Shown here: positions 9,774 through 19,981 of the stretch, one piece after another
How positions within the stretch are numbered: the stretch's first letter is position 1
Layout of the letters: the number at the start of each line of letters is the position of its first letter
Assembly: GCA_021780755.1 (NCBI GenBank)
Contig: JAJXYF010000014.1
Coordinates: 31,888 to 95,887, forward strand
Length of the DNA: 64,000 nt
DNA from: Deltaproteobacteria bacterium
GTDB taxonomy: Bacteria; Desulfobacterota; Binatia; Binatales; Binataceae
Direction: 5' to 3'
Notes under the pieces: generated by a model
What the model saw: only the letters and a program-made list of their open reading frames with translations
Told to the model about the DNA's origin: nothing
Database searches by the model: none
Position numbers and translations under genes: made by a program

Positions 9774-10850
9774 ATGGCGTCCGAGGAGCCCGGGGAAATC
9801 GAGCGCGCGGGCGTGCCGGTAACGTTGCGCTTCGAGGACGGCGTCGAGCAACGCATCGTGGTCGCGCGCGACGAGTTCGTGCTCGACGCGGCGCTGCGGC
9901 AGGGCATCCCGCTGGTCTATCAATGCCGCTCGGGGATTTGCTCGACCTGCGTTGCGACCGTGGTTGAGGGCGCCGTCGCGCCGGCGCCCGGTCGTGCGGT
10001 GGCGCTGCTCGCTTCCGAAATCGCCGCGGGACGCCGCCTGCTTTGCGTCTCGCACGCCCATGCGGCGAGCGTGATTCGCGAGCATTATCCCTCGACGCTG
10101 ATCGACCGACGGGATTCGCCGGAGGAGTTGGCGCAAGGTGAATCGGCGACGATTCGCGCGAACGTGGCGGCCGTCGAATGGCCCGGCGCGACGGTCGGGA
10201 AGCTTGCGATCGAAGTCGCGGACGGCGCCGGGTTCGATTTTCAGAGCGGCCAGTACGTGCGCATCAAGGTGCCGGGCACGGAGCAATGGCGCTCGTACTC
10301 GATGGCCACGACGCCGCGCGAATTGCCGCGGCTCGAATTTCTGGTGCGGATGATCGCGGGTGGCGCGATGTCGGAATATCTGACCCGGGCGAGAGTTGGC
10401 GACGCGCTCGAAGTCGAAGGCCCGCGCGGCGCGTTCGTGCTGCGCCCGCGGCGCGCATCGCATATTTTCATCGCCGGCGGCACCGGCCTTGCCCCGATTC
10501 TCTCGCTCATCGACGCGTTGCGTCGCCGCTCGGGGCCGCGCCCGCCGGCACTGCTCAGCTTCGGATGTTCCAGCGCGGAAGATTTCTTTTACCGCGACGA
10601 GATCGAAATCCGGCAATGGTGGATGCCGGAGTTGCGCGTGCGGTTGAGTGGCGGCCGCGCCGCGCGCGCCGCCTCGGGCCTGTTGCGCGGCAATCCGGTC
10701 GAGGCAATCGCGGTGGACGATATTGGTGGCGTCGAGACCGACGCTTACCTGTGCGGACCGCCGGCGATGATCGAAGCGGCGCGCCGTCATCTGGTCGGAC
10801 TCGGCCTGAATCCCGAGCGCATTTACGCGGAGCGCTTCGTCGCAAGCTGA
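9774..10850 (+). CDS. Oxygenase reductase (N-terminal 2Fe-2S plus FAD/NAD(P)-binding domains)
   Basis: CRSGICSTC...LLC, RSYS, IAGGTGLAP, YLCGPPAM, terminal ERF. Confidence 0.92.
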   Translation: MASEEPGEIERAGVPVTLRFEDGVEQRIVVARDEFVLDAALRQGIPLVYQCRSGICSTCVATVVEGAVAPAPGRAVALLASEIAAGRRLLCVSHAHAASVIREHYPSTLIDRRDSPEELAQGESATIRANVAAVEWPGATVGKLAIEVADGAGFDFQSGQYVRIKVPGTEQWRSYSMATTPRELPRLEFLVRMIAGGAMSEYLTRARVGDALEVEGPRGAFVLRPRRASHIFIAGGTGLAPILSLIDALRRRSGPRPPALLSFGCSSAEDFFYRDEIEIRQWWMPELRVRLSGGRAARAASGLLRGNPVEAIAVDDIGGVETDAYLCGPPAMIEAARRHLVGLGLNPERIYAERFVAS

Positions 10851-10874
10851 GCGGCGCCGCGGGAGAACCTACCG

Positions 10875-12209
10875 ATGCCAAGCGAGACGCGCCAACTTCC
10901 TCTCACCGCCGAACGCGAGCAATGGTACGCGGCGGCCTGCGCGCGACTCGACGCCGAACGCCTTAAGCGGCTGCTCATCGAACTGATCGATATACCGAGC
11001 CCGACCGGTGCGGAACGGGCGGCGAGCGAATTCGTGGCGGCGCGAATGCGCGAACGGCTCGGCGGGCGTGCGTGCTATCAGCCGATCAGCCCGGATACCG
11101 GCAACGCCGTCGGCGAAATTCGCGGTAGCGGCAACGGTGCGACGCTGCTGCTGTATGCGCCGATCGACACTCATCTGGAGGGTGATCCGGTGCGTGATCT
11201 GCCGTGGGCGGGACCCGTGATGCGCGCCGACATGATTGCGAAGGGCTACGCCGAGGGCGACCTGGTAATCGGACTCGGTGCCGCCAACCCCAAGGCGATG
11301 GTGGCGACGCTGATCGAAATCGCGAACGCCCTGAAGGAGGCGGAGGTCCCGCTCACCGGCGATCTGCAAGTTGGATTCGCGGGCGGCGGGATGCCGGTCA
11401 ACATTGCCGAGCGCCGCAACTACGGCATGAGCGATGGCGTCTATCATCTGCTCACGCGCGGCGTGGCCCCGGACTTCGCGATCATCATGAAGCCGGTTCC
11501 ACGCGTGTACTGCGAGGAGCCCGGCATGTGCTGGTTCAAGGTCGTGGTGCGCGGGACGCTGGGCTACGCGGGAATTGCGCGCGGCACCCCGGGTTATCGC
11601 GCATCGATTGTGCCGGCGGCGCGGCTGATCGAGGAAATCGAGGCGTGGATTCCGACCTACACGGCGCTCAGCACGGCGGGAGAAATCGCACCCGAGGGTC
11701 ACCTCGCGGCGGTGCGCGCCGGATGGCCCGAGAAGCCGGCGTTTCCCTCGGCCATCACAGAAATTTACGTCGATCTGCGTTGCAATCCGCGTACTTCGCC
11801 GGCCGCGGTAAAGGCGCAGTTCGCGGCGGCGCTCGGCGCGATTCGCGCGCGGCATCCGGAGATCGATTTCGACTTTGAGATGATCGGGGCGTGCCCGGGC
11901 GGCATGACCGATCCGGCGAACTGGATAATTCAGTCCGCGCGCCGCGGCTGGGAACGCGTGCATCAGCGGGCGCATGGCGATCCGCCGAAACTTGGCGGAC
12001 AGACCGATGGCGCGCTGATCCGGCGCCTCGGAATCCCCTGTGCGCGAATCGGATTTCCGTCGCCGCCGAAGCGCTGCCCGGCGGAATTTCGCGAAGGGCT
12101 CGGCGGGATGGGGGTGGTCTCGATCGCGGACCTGGTCAAGACCGCGCGCGCGATAATCTACGCGGTCGTCGATACGCTGACGCGTCCGCGCAACGAACTC
12201 GGGCTGTAA
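10875..12209 (+). CDS. M20/ArgE-DapE fold protein with degenerate metal site
   Basis: LIDIPSPTGAE, GNAVG, LLLYAPIDT, GLGAANPKA, GGQTDG scaffold; canonical ligands replaced. Confidence 0.8.
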   Translation: MPSETRQLPLTAEREQWYAAACARLDAERLKRLLIELIDIPSPTGAERAASEFVAARMRERLGGRACYQPISPDTGNAVGEIRGSGNGATLLLYAPIDTHLEGDPVRDLPWAGPVMRADMIAKGYAEGDLVIGLGAANPKAMVATLIEIANALKEAEVPLTGDLQVGFAGGGMPVNIAERRNYGMSDGVYHLLTRGVAPDFAIIMKPVPRVYCEEPGMCWFKVVVRGTLGYAGIARGTPGYRASIVPAARLIEEIEAWIPTYTALSTAGEIAPEGHLAAVRAGWPEKPAFPSAITEIYVDLRCNPRTSPAAVKAQFAAALGAIRARHPEIDFDFEMIGACPGGMTDPANWIIQSARRGWERVHQRAHGDPPKLGGQTDGALIRRLGIPCARIGFPSPPKRCPAEFREGLGGMGVVSIADLVKTARAIIYAVVDTLTRPRNELGL

Positions 12210-12255
12210 CCAGGTGCGCCCGCAAACCGGGCCCGCGAGATGCGCAGGAGTTCCG

Positions 12256-13455
12256 CTAGATGACCTTCTGCGCGCGAAGTTGCGCGATGCGCGCGGCGTC
12301 GTAACCGAGCAGCGCTTCGAGCACGCTCGCAGTGTGTTCACCCAAATCGGGCGAACGCGTATCGGGAACGCTCTCGACGCCGGCCGTTTTGAGCGGCGAC
12401 CCCGGCACGATCAGTTGGTCGAAGGTCGGATGCGCCGCGTGGAGAATCATCTGGCGCTGTTCGAGATGGGGATTGTGCGCGACCTCGGCGACGGTCGCGA
12501 TCGGTGCGCTCGGGACATTGGCGAGTTCGAGCAGTTCGAGCCAGTGCGCGCGCGTGTCGGTTTCGAAATGGCGCTGCAGGAGTGGATCGAGCAGCGCATG
12601 ATTGGCGGTGCGATCGGCGTTGGTCAGAAAGCGCGGGTCGCGCTGCAGATCGCCCATCCCGATCGCGTCGCAGAAGCGCTGCCAGATCGCTTCGTTGCCG
12701 CAACCCGCGACGAAAAAACCGTCGGCGGCGCGAAAATGCTGGAACGGAGTGATCGACGGATGACGCGAACCGATCGGGCCGGGCACCTTGCCGGTGGCGG
12801 AGAACCGGGCGAGCGCGTCCTCGAGCCAGGCGACCTGGCAATCGAGCATCGCGATATCGAGATGGCGGCCGGCACCGCTCAGGTCGCGCTCGCGCAGTGC
12901 GGCGAGAATCGCGATGACGCCGTAAAGGGCCGCCGCGAGATCGCCGATCGAAACACCGCAACGGGTCGGCTCGCCGCCGGCCGGTCCCGTTATGCTCATG
13001 GTGCCGCCGAGCGCCTGCGCGACGATGTCATAGGCAGGCGCCGCGGCCATCGGGCCGGTCTGCCCGAAGCCCGAGATCGAGCAGAGGATGAGCCGCGGAT
13101 TGGCCGCGCGCAGCCGGTCCCATCCGAGCTGGAAACGATCCATCGTGCCGGGCGAGAAATTCTCCACCATCACGTCGCAATGGCGGACGAGGTCGAGCAG
13201 AATATCGGCGCCCTCGGGTTTGCGCAGGTCGAGGGTGACGCTGCGCTTGCCGCGATTGACGCTGTAGTAGTAGCCGGAGTCGGTCGAGTTGGGAATGCGC
13301 GGGGCGTAACCGCGCGAATCGTCGCCGCGGCCGGGCACCTCGATTTTGATCACGTCGGCGCCGAGGTCGGCCAGATTCATCGCGCAGAAGGGACCCGCGA
13401 GCACGCGGCTCAAGTCGAGCACACGGATTCCGCGCAGCGGCTTTTGATCGATCAT
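12256..13455 (-). CDS. Family III CoA-transferase (CaiB/BaiF)
   Basis: PLRGIRVLDLSRVLAGPFC, NRGKRS, ENFSPG, SISGFGQTGP. Confidence 0.95.
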   Translation of the reverse strand: MIDQKPLRGIRVLDLSRVLAGPFCAMNLADLGADVIKIEVPGRGDDSRGYAPRIPNSTDSGYYYSVNRGKRSVTLDLRKPEGADILLDLVRHCDVMVENFSPGTMDRFQLGWDRLRAANPRLILCSISGFGQTGPMAAAPAYDIVAQALGGTMSITGPAGGEPTRCGVSIGDLAAALYGVIAILAALRERDLSGAGRHLDIAMLDCQVAWLEDALARFSATGKVPGPIGSRHPSITPFQHFRAADGFFVAGCGNEAIWQRFCDAIGMGDLQRDPRFLTNADRTANHALLDPLLQRHFETDTRAHWLELLELANVPSAPIATVAEVAHNPHLEQRQMILHAAHPTFDQLIVPGSPLKTAGVESVPDTRSPDLGEHTASVLEALLGYDAARIAQLRAQKVI

Positions 13456-13494
13456 TGGACTGATTTTTCCGGTGATGAATTTCCGCGCGGCCCG

Positions 13495-14709
13495 CTAGCG
13501 CCGCCGCTGCCGGGCGCGGGCCGCCTGCTGGGCGCGCATCGCTTCGGCCGGGGTCATGATGAGGCGCGGCTCTTCGCGCTGATGCTGTTCCTCCTCGGCG
13601 ATAATCGCGCCGAGTTGTGCGCGCATGAAGGCCTGGAAAAACGCCCCGCGCTTCAAGTCCGCACCGTCGCGCAGGCGCGCCGCGGCGGCCGCCGCCCACG
13701 CCGCCTGCGGCCGGCGTCCGGTGCGTGCGAAGTAATACGCGGTGTCCTCCAGATGGCGACGCAGGCGCGTACCGATTTCACCCGCAAGCAACTCCGCGAT
13801 GGCGCGCTCGACGACGGTGGCCACGCGATCTTCCTGCTGCACGCGGCTCAGCACGATCACGCTGTTGCGCAGGCCCGCGATCTCGTCCGCATAGGGTTTT
13901 ACGATCGCCGGCGCGATCGGCCATGCGGCGATTTCCGGCTCCTGCATCAGATCGGCCGATGGCTCGTGCGTCAGTTCGGCGGCAAATTCGTCGTAAACCG
14001 GATGACTGAGATCGATCGGCGGCGACTGCGCGATCAGTTCGGTGCGAAGCGCGAAGAAATTGCCGACCTCGCCACGATGCGACTCGGGCGTGCGGCGCCA
14101 GGCGTCGCACAAGATGAAGTCGGCGACGCGCCAATCGGCGTCGATCAGCGAAACTCCGGCGCGCCGTTCGAGGTCCGCGCGCTCATGGCGCAGCTCTTTT
14201 CGCGTGAGTGGGGCGAGCGTGATGCCGAACAGACCGTCGCGCTCCGAGACCAGGCCCCACAAGCGCTTCAGCCCCGCGCCCGGGCGCGCCTTGACGATCC
14301 AGACGACGCGCGCGCCGTCGGCGTCGGCGGGCGAGAGCAGGGCGCTCAGGCCGATTTCAGGCGCTTGCGCGGCAGCGGTCGGAACGTCGCGCGCGGGCAA
14401 CTCAGCGAGCGGCCCCTCGATGCCGCGCTGGCGCAGCTTGAACAGCGCGCGGCGAAGCTCGCGGCGGAGCCCACCGGCCGCGCGCGTCTCCATCCGCATG
14501 AGCATCGCGGCGGACTCCGGAGTGGCGATGCTCGTGAGCGCGCGCACCAGCGCGGCGTCGGTGACGCCGGATGCGCCGCGCAAGGCCGTGAGCTTTGCGA
14601 TCGCGTCGGCCGGCGGCGCCGCCGGATCGAAGCCCGCTTCGCGCAGCTTCGCGTCTTCACCCGCGATATCCTTCGGAGAGGTTTCCTTTACGCTAGCCAT
14701 CTTCACCAA
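13495..14709 (-). CDS. Hypothetical protein
   Basis: 404-aa ORF with host-like codon usage, co-oriented with the CoA transferase; helical, no recognised motif. Confidence 0.7.
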   Translation of the reverse strand: MVKMASVKETSPKDIAGEDAKLREAGFDPAAPPADAIAKLTALRGASGVTDAALVRALTSIATPESAAMLMRMETRAAGGLRRELRRALFKLRQRGIEGPLAELPARDVPTAAAQAPEIGLSALLSPADADGARVVWIVKARPGAGLKRLWGLVSERDGLFGITLAPLTRKELRHERADLERRAGVSLIDADWRVADFILCDAWRRTPESHRGEVGNFFALRTELIAQSPPIDLSHPVYDEFAAELTHEPSADLMQEPEIAAWPIAPAIVKPYADEIAGLRNSVIVLSRVQQEDRVATVVERAIAELLAGEIGTRLRRHLEDTAYYFARTGRRPQAAWAAAAAARLRDGADLKRGAFFQAFMRAQLGAIIAEEEQHQREEPRLIMTPAEAMRAQQAARARQRRR

Positions 14710-14853
14710 GCATCGTGTGCGGTTCCAAATCGATCACGAATCGTGCGAGCCTATTGGCCGGTTTCCGCGGCTGTCAAGCTGCGTCACGGGTACGTGGGAG
14801 CGCTTGCGACACCCCGCCGCGCGGCCGAAATCAATTTCGCAGGAGCCTGAGCG

Positions 14854-15360
14854 ATGCGCAACCTGGAGGCGAAATTCCGCGTCGATGACGCCGCGTTGGC
14901 GTGCCGGCGCGCCGAAGCGCTGGGTTTCTCGATGGGTGCGCCGCTCGAACAGCGCGACACCTTCTTTCGCGTCACATCCGGCAAGCTCAAGTTGCGCGAA
15001 GAGGCGCAGCGTGCCGCGCTAATTCATTACGGCCGCACAAATGAGGGAGCGCTCGAGGTGAGCGACTATGAAATCGTGCCGGTGGCCAATCCCGGTCCGC
15101 TGCGCGAGATGCTGAGCGCCGCACTCGGGGTGCTGGCCGAAGTTCGCAAGCAGCGCACGCTCCTGCTGCGCCGCAACCTCCGCTTGCATCTGGACCAGGT
15201 TGAAGGGCTGGGATCTTTTGGTGAAATCGAGGCGGTGGTTGCCACCGATGAGACCCCCGAGCTTTATCGCGTCGAGGTTGACGAGCTGCTCGGCGCTCTA
15301 CGAATCGACTCTCACAGATTGATTTATAAATCCTACTTCGAGTTACTGAATGGCGGATGA
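14854..15360 (+). CDS. CYTH domain / class IV adenylate cyclase-like protein
   Basis: NLEAK (ExExK-like), QRDTFF, KLKLRE, VRKQR, HLDQVEGLGSFGEIE, SYFEL. Confidence 0.88.
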   Translation: MRNLEAKFRVDDAALACRRAEALGFSMGAPLEQRDTFFRVTSGKLKLREEAQRAALIHYGRTNEGALEVSDYEIVPVANPGPLREMLSAALGVLAEVRKQRTLLLRRNLRLHLDQVEGLGSFGEIEAVVATDETPELYRVEVDELLGALRIDSHRLIYKSYFELLNGG

Positions 15361-15965
15361 TCCGCGGGCGCTTTTGCGATGAGCTGCAGGAACGTAAGGG
15401 TGAGCGAGTATGTCAGTCCCCAGATCACCTGCCCGGCATAGAGGATCGCCGGGTAATCGCCGGAGGCGCCGTTGCGCTTCCATCGATATGAGCCGCGAAA
15501 GCGCGGATCGCTCAGCGCCTGGAGCGGCACGTGGAAGATTTCGGCGACCTCCTTCGGGTCGGGCCGCAGTTCGTGAGCGCCCTCGATCACGCCGACGAAC
15601 GGGGTCACCGCGATATCGGTCGCGTTGGTGCGACGGCCGGGGAAGGTGCCGAGCACGCGCACCTGATGCGGCTCGATGCCGACCTCCTCATGGGTTTCGC
15701 GCAGCGCCGCGGCAAGCAGGTCGGTGTCGCGGCGATCGAAGCGTCCGCCGGGGAAAGCGACCTGGCCGGTGTGGCTCGCGAGGCGATCGGATCGGCGCGT
15801 GTAGAGCACTTCGAGGGCGCCCTCGCGATGGATCAGGGGGACCAGCACGGCGGCCGATTTTTTGTCGCCGGGCGCGGGCAGCGGAACCGACTCGACCGGC
15901 CCGAGCTTGCGCCGCAGGCTTTCGAGGTAGTCGCGGATATTCGGGATTTCGCCGGCTTCATGCAT
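15333..15965 (-). CDS. Nudix hydrolase, CoA pyrophosphatase type
   Basis: AAVLVPL, TRRS..L.SHTGQVAFPGG, ALRETHEEVG, IWGLT. Confidence 0.9.
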   Translation of the reverse strand: MHEAGEIPNIRDYLESLRRKLGPVESVPLPAPGDKKSAAVLVPLIHREGALEVLYTRRSDRLASHTGQVAFPGGRFDRRDTDLLAAALRETHEEVGIEPHQVRVLGTFPGRRTNATDIAVTPFVGVIEGAHELRPDPKEVAEIFHVPLQALSDPRFRGSYRWKRNGASGDYPAILYAGQVIWGLTYSLTLTFLQLIAKAPADHPPFSNSK

Positions 15966-16047
15966 CGGTAGGTCGCGGAGGACTCGAACGATAATCGCGC
16001 CGCGCCTCTTCCAGCGCAAGTCCAATGCTGGCAATTTGAATTGCCTG

Positions 16048-17289
16048 ATGTCCACTGATCAACAACCGTCGGCCTCCGACGCTGCCGCGAATCGTAGTCC
16101 GGGGTTGCCGGCGCGGCGCTATCTGATCGGCCGTTACCATGAAATCGTGCTCAAAGGGGGCAATCGCTGGCGCTTCGTCGAGCAGTTGAAACGCAACGCG
16201 CGTGCGCTGTTCGCGGATTGCCGGATCGGGCGCATTCGTGGCGAAGGTCCGCGACTGATCATTGAGATCCCCGCCGCGGTCCCGGACGACGTGGTGCACG
16301 AACGCGCGGCGCTGCTGTTTGGATTTCAGAATTTTACGATCAGCCGGCCGGTGCCGCTGGTGATCGAGGAACTGAAACGCGCGGCGGTGGCGGCGGCCCG
16401 CAGTCGTGGCGCGAAGACCTTTCGGATTGCGACGCGCCGCGCGGACAAGCGCTTCGCGCTCAATTCGATGGAGATCGATCGCCTTGTGGGCGCGGAGGTC
16501 GGCGCGGCGCTCGGGCTCAAGGTAGACCTGAACCATCCCGAGCTGACGATCACGATCGAAATTCTGCCCGACAGCGCTTTCATGGCGGTGGGTAAACATC
16601 CGGGCGCCGGCGGTCTGCCGGTGGGAGTCAGCGGCCGGGCAACGGTGCTACTCTCCGGCGGCATCGACTCGCCGGTCGCGGCGTACCGCATGATGCGCCG
16701 CGGACTGCACGTGGACTTCGTGCACTTTCACAGCCATCCGCTGGTTTCATCGGCGAGCCGCGAAAAGGCGCAGGAGCTGGCCGCTCATCTGACCCGCTAC
16801 GAAGCGCGCGCGACGCTGGCGCTGGTTCCGTTTGCGGACGTGCAGCGCGAAATCGTCGCGCGGACCTTGCGCCCGCTGCGCGTGGTGCTCTACCGCCGCT
16901 TCATGTTGCGCATCGCAAGCGCGATCGCGATCCAAAGCGGTAGCGCGGCGCTGGTCACCGGCGAGAGCCTGGGCCAGGTCGCATCGCAGACGCTGGAGAA
17001 CATGACGGTGATCGAAAAGGCGGCGGCGCTGCCGATCCTGCGGCCGCTGGTGGGGATGGACAAGAACGAGATTATCGTCGAGGCGCGCCGGCTGGGCACC
17101 TTCGAGACTTCGATACTGCCGGACCAGGATTGCTGCTCGCTGTTCGTGCCGGCGCATCCGGAAACCCACGCGCGTCTGCACGAGGTGCTGGCGGCCGAAG
17201 CGCAATTCGATCTCGACGCGATGGTGGCCGCGACGGTTGCGAAGACCGAATTCCTGCGCCTCGAGTTTCCGCGGATCACGGCGCATTAA
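16048..17289 (+). CDS. thiI: tRNA 4-thiouridine synthase ThiI (THUMP plus PP-loop, no rhodanese domain)
   Basis: YHEIVLKGGNR, GGLPVG, LLSGGIDSPVA, TGESLGQVASQT, DCC. Confidence 0.95.
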   Translation: MSTDQQPSASDAAANRSPGLPARRYLIGRYHEIVLKGGNRWRFVEQLKRNARALFADCRIGRIRGEGPRLIIEIPAAVPDDVVHERAALLFGFQNFTISRPVPLVIEELKRAAVAAARSRGAKTFRIATRRADKRFALNSMEIDRLVGAEVGAALGLKVDLNHPELTITIEILPDSAFMAVGKHPGAGGLPVGVSGRATVLLSGGIDSPVAAYRMMRRGLHVDFVHFHSHPLVSSASREKAQELAAHLTRYEARATLALVPFADVQREIVARTLRPLRVVLYRRFMLRIASAIAIQSGSAALVTGESLGQVASQTLENMTVIEKAAALPILRPLVGMDKNEIIVEARRLGTFETSILPDQDCCSLFVPAHPETHARLHEVLAAEAQFDLDAMVAATVAKTEFLRLEFPRITAH

Positions 17290-17384
17290 GCCATGCGCGT
17301 GACCTTCGCGTGAATGACGCGCATCCGGGGGTAGGGCGTCGAGAGCACTCGCCGCCGCCGCGCGCATAATGGAGAATACTGGTC

Positions 17385-17789
17385 GTGGACGCAGCATTTA
17401 AAATCCGCGAGATCGATCACGTGGTCCTCAGATGCCGCGATCAGGCGCGCATGCTTGATTTTTACACGCGCATAATCGGGCTGGCGGAAGAGCGGCGCAT
17501 CGAGCAGATCGGACTGATTCAGCTCCGCGCGGGCGCCAGCATGATCGACCTGGTGCCGGCAACGGATCCGCGCGTCGAGAGCGGGTTGAACGTCGATCAT
17601 TTTTGTCTGGGCGTCGAAATCGCCGATCTTGGTGACGCGATCCGCTACCTTCGCGCGCAGGCGGTGGAAATCATCGACGAGCCGGTAATGCGCTATGGCG
17701 CGCGCGGGATGGGGCTCTCGATCTACCTGCGCGATCCCGAGGGCAACGTGGTCGAGTTGAAGCAGATGCCGTGCGCGGGGTCCGCCTGA
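17385..17789 (+). CDS. VOC/glyoxalase family protein
   Basis: IDHVVL, FYT, NVDHFCL, YGARGMGLSIYLRDPEGNVVELK. Confidence 0.9.
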   Translation: MDAAFKIREIDHVVLRCRDQARMLDFYTRIIGLAEERRIEQIGLIQLRAGASMIDLVPATDPRVESGLNVDHFCLGVEIADLGDAIRYLRAQAVEIIDEPVMRYGARGMGLSIYLRDPEGNVVELKQMPCAGSA

Positions 17790-19078
17790 TGGGTTCGGCT
17801 GCCGGCGGGCGTGACGATCGAGGCGGTCCGCCGCGTTATCGCAAACCTGAGCCGTACGCGCATGCGCGAATAGTCGTCGCCGCGCTGGCGGCGATCGCCG
17901 CGCTGCTGTTGCCGGGCTGCGAGCGCAATTCGCCACAGGGCATCGCGCGCCGATATCTGGAAGCTCTGCGGCGGTCGAATTATGCGGCGTGTTACACGAT
18001 GCTGGCCGAGCAGGATCGCAAGGATCGCACATTGGCCGAGTTCCTGACCGAGATACCGCTGGCGCCCGATGTCGGTCCCGCGATCTTCCGTCCGGTGCTG
18101 CAGAATATGCAGTTCGAGCTGGGCGAGGTTCGAATCGAGGGCGATAGCGCGTTCGCTTCGATCACCGTCACGGCGCCGAACCTGCCGATCTGGGAGCGCA
18201 CGCTTGACGCCGGCGCCGGGGCCGACCATTTCGGGGGCCGGGACGCCGAGCATTCCCTGGCTGCGGGCGATTTTCCGAAAGTCACCTACCCGGACGGGAT
18301 ATTTTTGACTCGCGAGCGCCATCATTGGCGCGTGGTGGCGGGCTTCACCGATCGCGATCGCATCGTCGATCTCCATCGGGAGGCGATCGTTGAGTACCAT
18401 CAGTTCGAATACGCGAAGGTGATAGTCGATTACCAGTCGATGATTGCGGAACTCGCACGACTCAAGTTTACCGGCGCCACCGGACTGGCCGCGCGCTACC
18501 AGGGTGAACTGGCCGGCGTGCGGACCGCGCAAGCCGAGGTGCCGGCGGCGACGGCGTACGCGGTCAAATCGCTGACCCTGGGCGATATCTCAATGAGCAT
18601 GTCGGAGGAGCGGGTGCCCGCGATTTTCGGGTCGATCACCAACCACGGCGATCGCGCGCTCGACGCCGTGCAGATTGCCGTGACCTGGTACGAAGGCCGC
18701 GGCAAGGACTTGAAGGCCGCTTACTCCGAGAAGCATCCGATCGTGATCACGCCGATCGAGTTTACCGACTTCAGCGTGCCGGTAATCCCGTTCGTGCCGG
18801 GCGAGAAGCGTCCATTCGGCTTCATCCTGACGGCGCCGGTGCAGGTGCAGCAGGATGCGGCGCCGTATGTGACGATCAGCGCGATCACCTTCACGTACCT
18901 CAAGGCGCCGTTGCCGAAACACGCGCTTGCCAAGGCGCCGAGCGGGCCGGCCGCGAGCACGCCCGGGTCTTCGCTGCCACTGGGCATCGCGGTCACCCGG
19001 CCGGCGGCGCCGAGTCCACGGCCAACGCCTCGCGCATCGACGAAGAAGGCCGCTCCAGCAAAAAAAACATTCCAGTGA
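17789..19078 (+). CDS. Putative lipoprotein (NTF2-like N-terminal region, FxLYD-like C-terminal domain, Pro/Ala/Lys tail)
   Basis: Lipobox-like LLLPGC; GSITNHGDRALDAVQIAVTWY; overlaps both flanking genes. Confidence 0.65.
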   Translation: MGSAAGGRDDRGGPPRYRKPEPYAHARIVVAALAAIAALLLPGCERNSPQGIARRYLEALRRSNYAACYTMLAEQDRKDRTLAEFLTEIPLAPDVGPAIFRPVLQNMQFELGEVRIEGDSAFASITVTAPNLPIWERTLDAGAGADHFGGRDAEHSLAAGDFPKVTYPDGIFLTRERHHWRVVAGFTDRDRIVDLHREAIVEYHQFEYAKVIVDYQSMIAELARLKFTGATGLAARYQGELAGVRTAQAEVPAATAYAVKSLTLGDISMSMSEERVPAIFGSITNHGDRALDAVQIAVTWYEGRGKDLKAAYSEKHPIVITPIEFTDFSVPVIPFVPGEKRPFGFILTAPVQVQQDAAPYVTISAITFTYLKAPLPKHALAKAPSGPAASTPGSSLPLGIAVTRPAAPSPRPTPRASTKKAAPAKKTFQ

Positions 19079-19980
19079 CCACCAAGTTAACCATCGCCGT
19101 CCCGACCCATAACCGCGCGCGCCTGCTGGCGGGCACGCTCGCGAGTATCGCCACGCTGCGGTTTTCCGAGGGCATCGTGCCCGAATGCTTAATCGTGGAT
19201 AACAATTCGCCCGACGACACGCGCGACGCGGTCGAGGTCTTCGCGCGGACGGCGCCGATCGCGGTCCGCTACGTGATCGAGCCGCAACTTGGATCGAGTT
19301 ACGCGCGCAACCGCGCGATCGCCGAGGCGCGGGGCGACTTCGTTTTTTTCATCGACGACGACGCCATCGCGGAGCCCGACTGGGCAATCGAGTTGCTGGC
19401 GGCGATGGAAGACCGCCAACTCGACGTCGCCTGCGGCCTGGTGCTGCCCAACTGGGACGTGCCGCCGCCGCGATGGCTCGGGCCGAGCCTCTATGTGCGG
19501 CTTGCGGTGCACGACGAGGCAGCGATCGCTGCCGCGAATTCACGCGAGCGCGATCATATCCACAATTATTTCAGCGCCAACGTGGGCTTCCGGCGCGAGA
19601 CCTTCAAGCTCTTCGGCAACTTTCGCGAAGACCTGGGCGTGGTCGGGAACAATCCGATTTCCGGCGAGGACACCGAACTCTTCGCGCGCATCGCGCTGCG
19701 CGGCGGCGCGATCGCGTTCGCTGAGCGCGCCCGCGTCCATCACGTGATCGGCCGCGAACGGATGAACCGGCGCTACCTGCGCCGCAAGGCCTACGCGTTC
19801 GGGTTTGGCAGCGCGATTGCGGGTGGTCCCACGCACAACCATCTCGACAAGCTGGCGCGCAACGGGATGCGCATGCTGGTCGCGGCCGCCCTCGGCCGGC
19901 CCGAGCGGGCGGTCTATCACGAACTCGAATGTGCGAACTTTTTCGGCTATTGGCGCGGCCGGCTCGCTCTGCGCCGATAA
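19075..19980 (+). CDS. Glycosyltransferase family 2
   Basis: IAVPTHNR, VDNNSPD, ARNRAI, FIDDD, GEDTE. Confidence 0.92.
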   Translation: MTTKLTIAVPTHNRARLLAGTLASIATLRFSEGIVPECLIVDNNSPDDTRDAVEVFARTAPIAVRYVIEPQLGSSYARNRAIAEARGDFVFFIDDDAIAEPDWAIELLAAMEDRQLDVACGLVLPNWDVPPPRWLGPSLYVRLAVHDEAAIAAANSRERDHIHNYFSANVGFRRETFKLFGNFREDLGVVGNNPISGEDTELFARIALRGGAIAFAERARVHHVIGRERMNRRYLRRKAYAFGFGSAIAGGPTHNHLDKLARNGMRMLVAAALGRPERAVYHELECANFFGYWRGRLALRR

Positions 19981-19981
19981 A

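Noticed and set aside
12214..14850. Very long ORFs antisense to real genes (also 22038-24380, 35659-37719, 44704-47304, 8368-9741)
   Set aside because: Shadow frames of high-GC coding sequence; no motifs, and they fully overlap well-supported opposite-strand genes.
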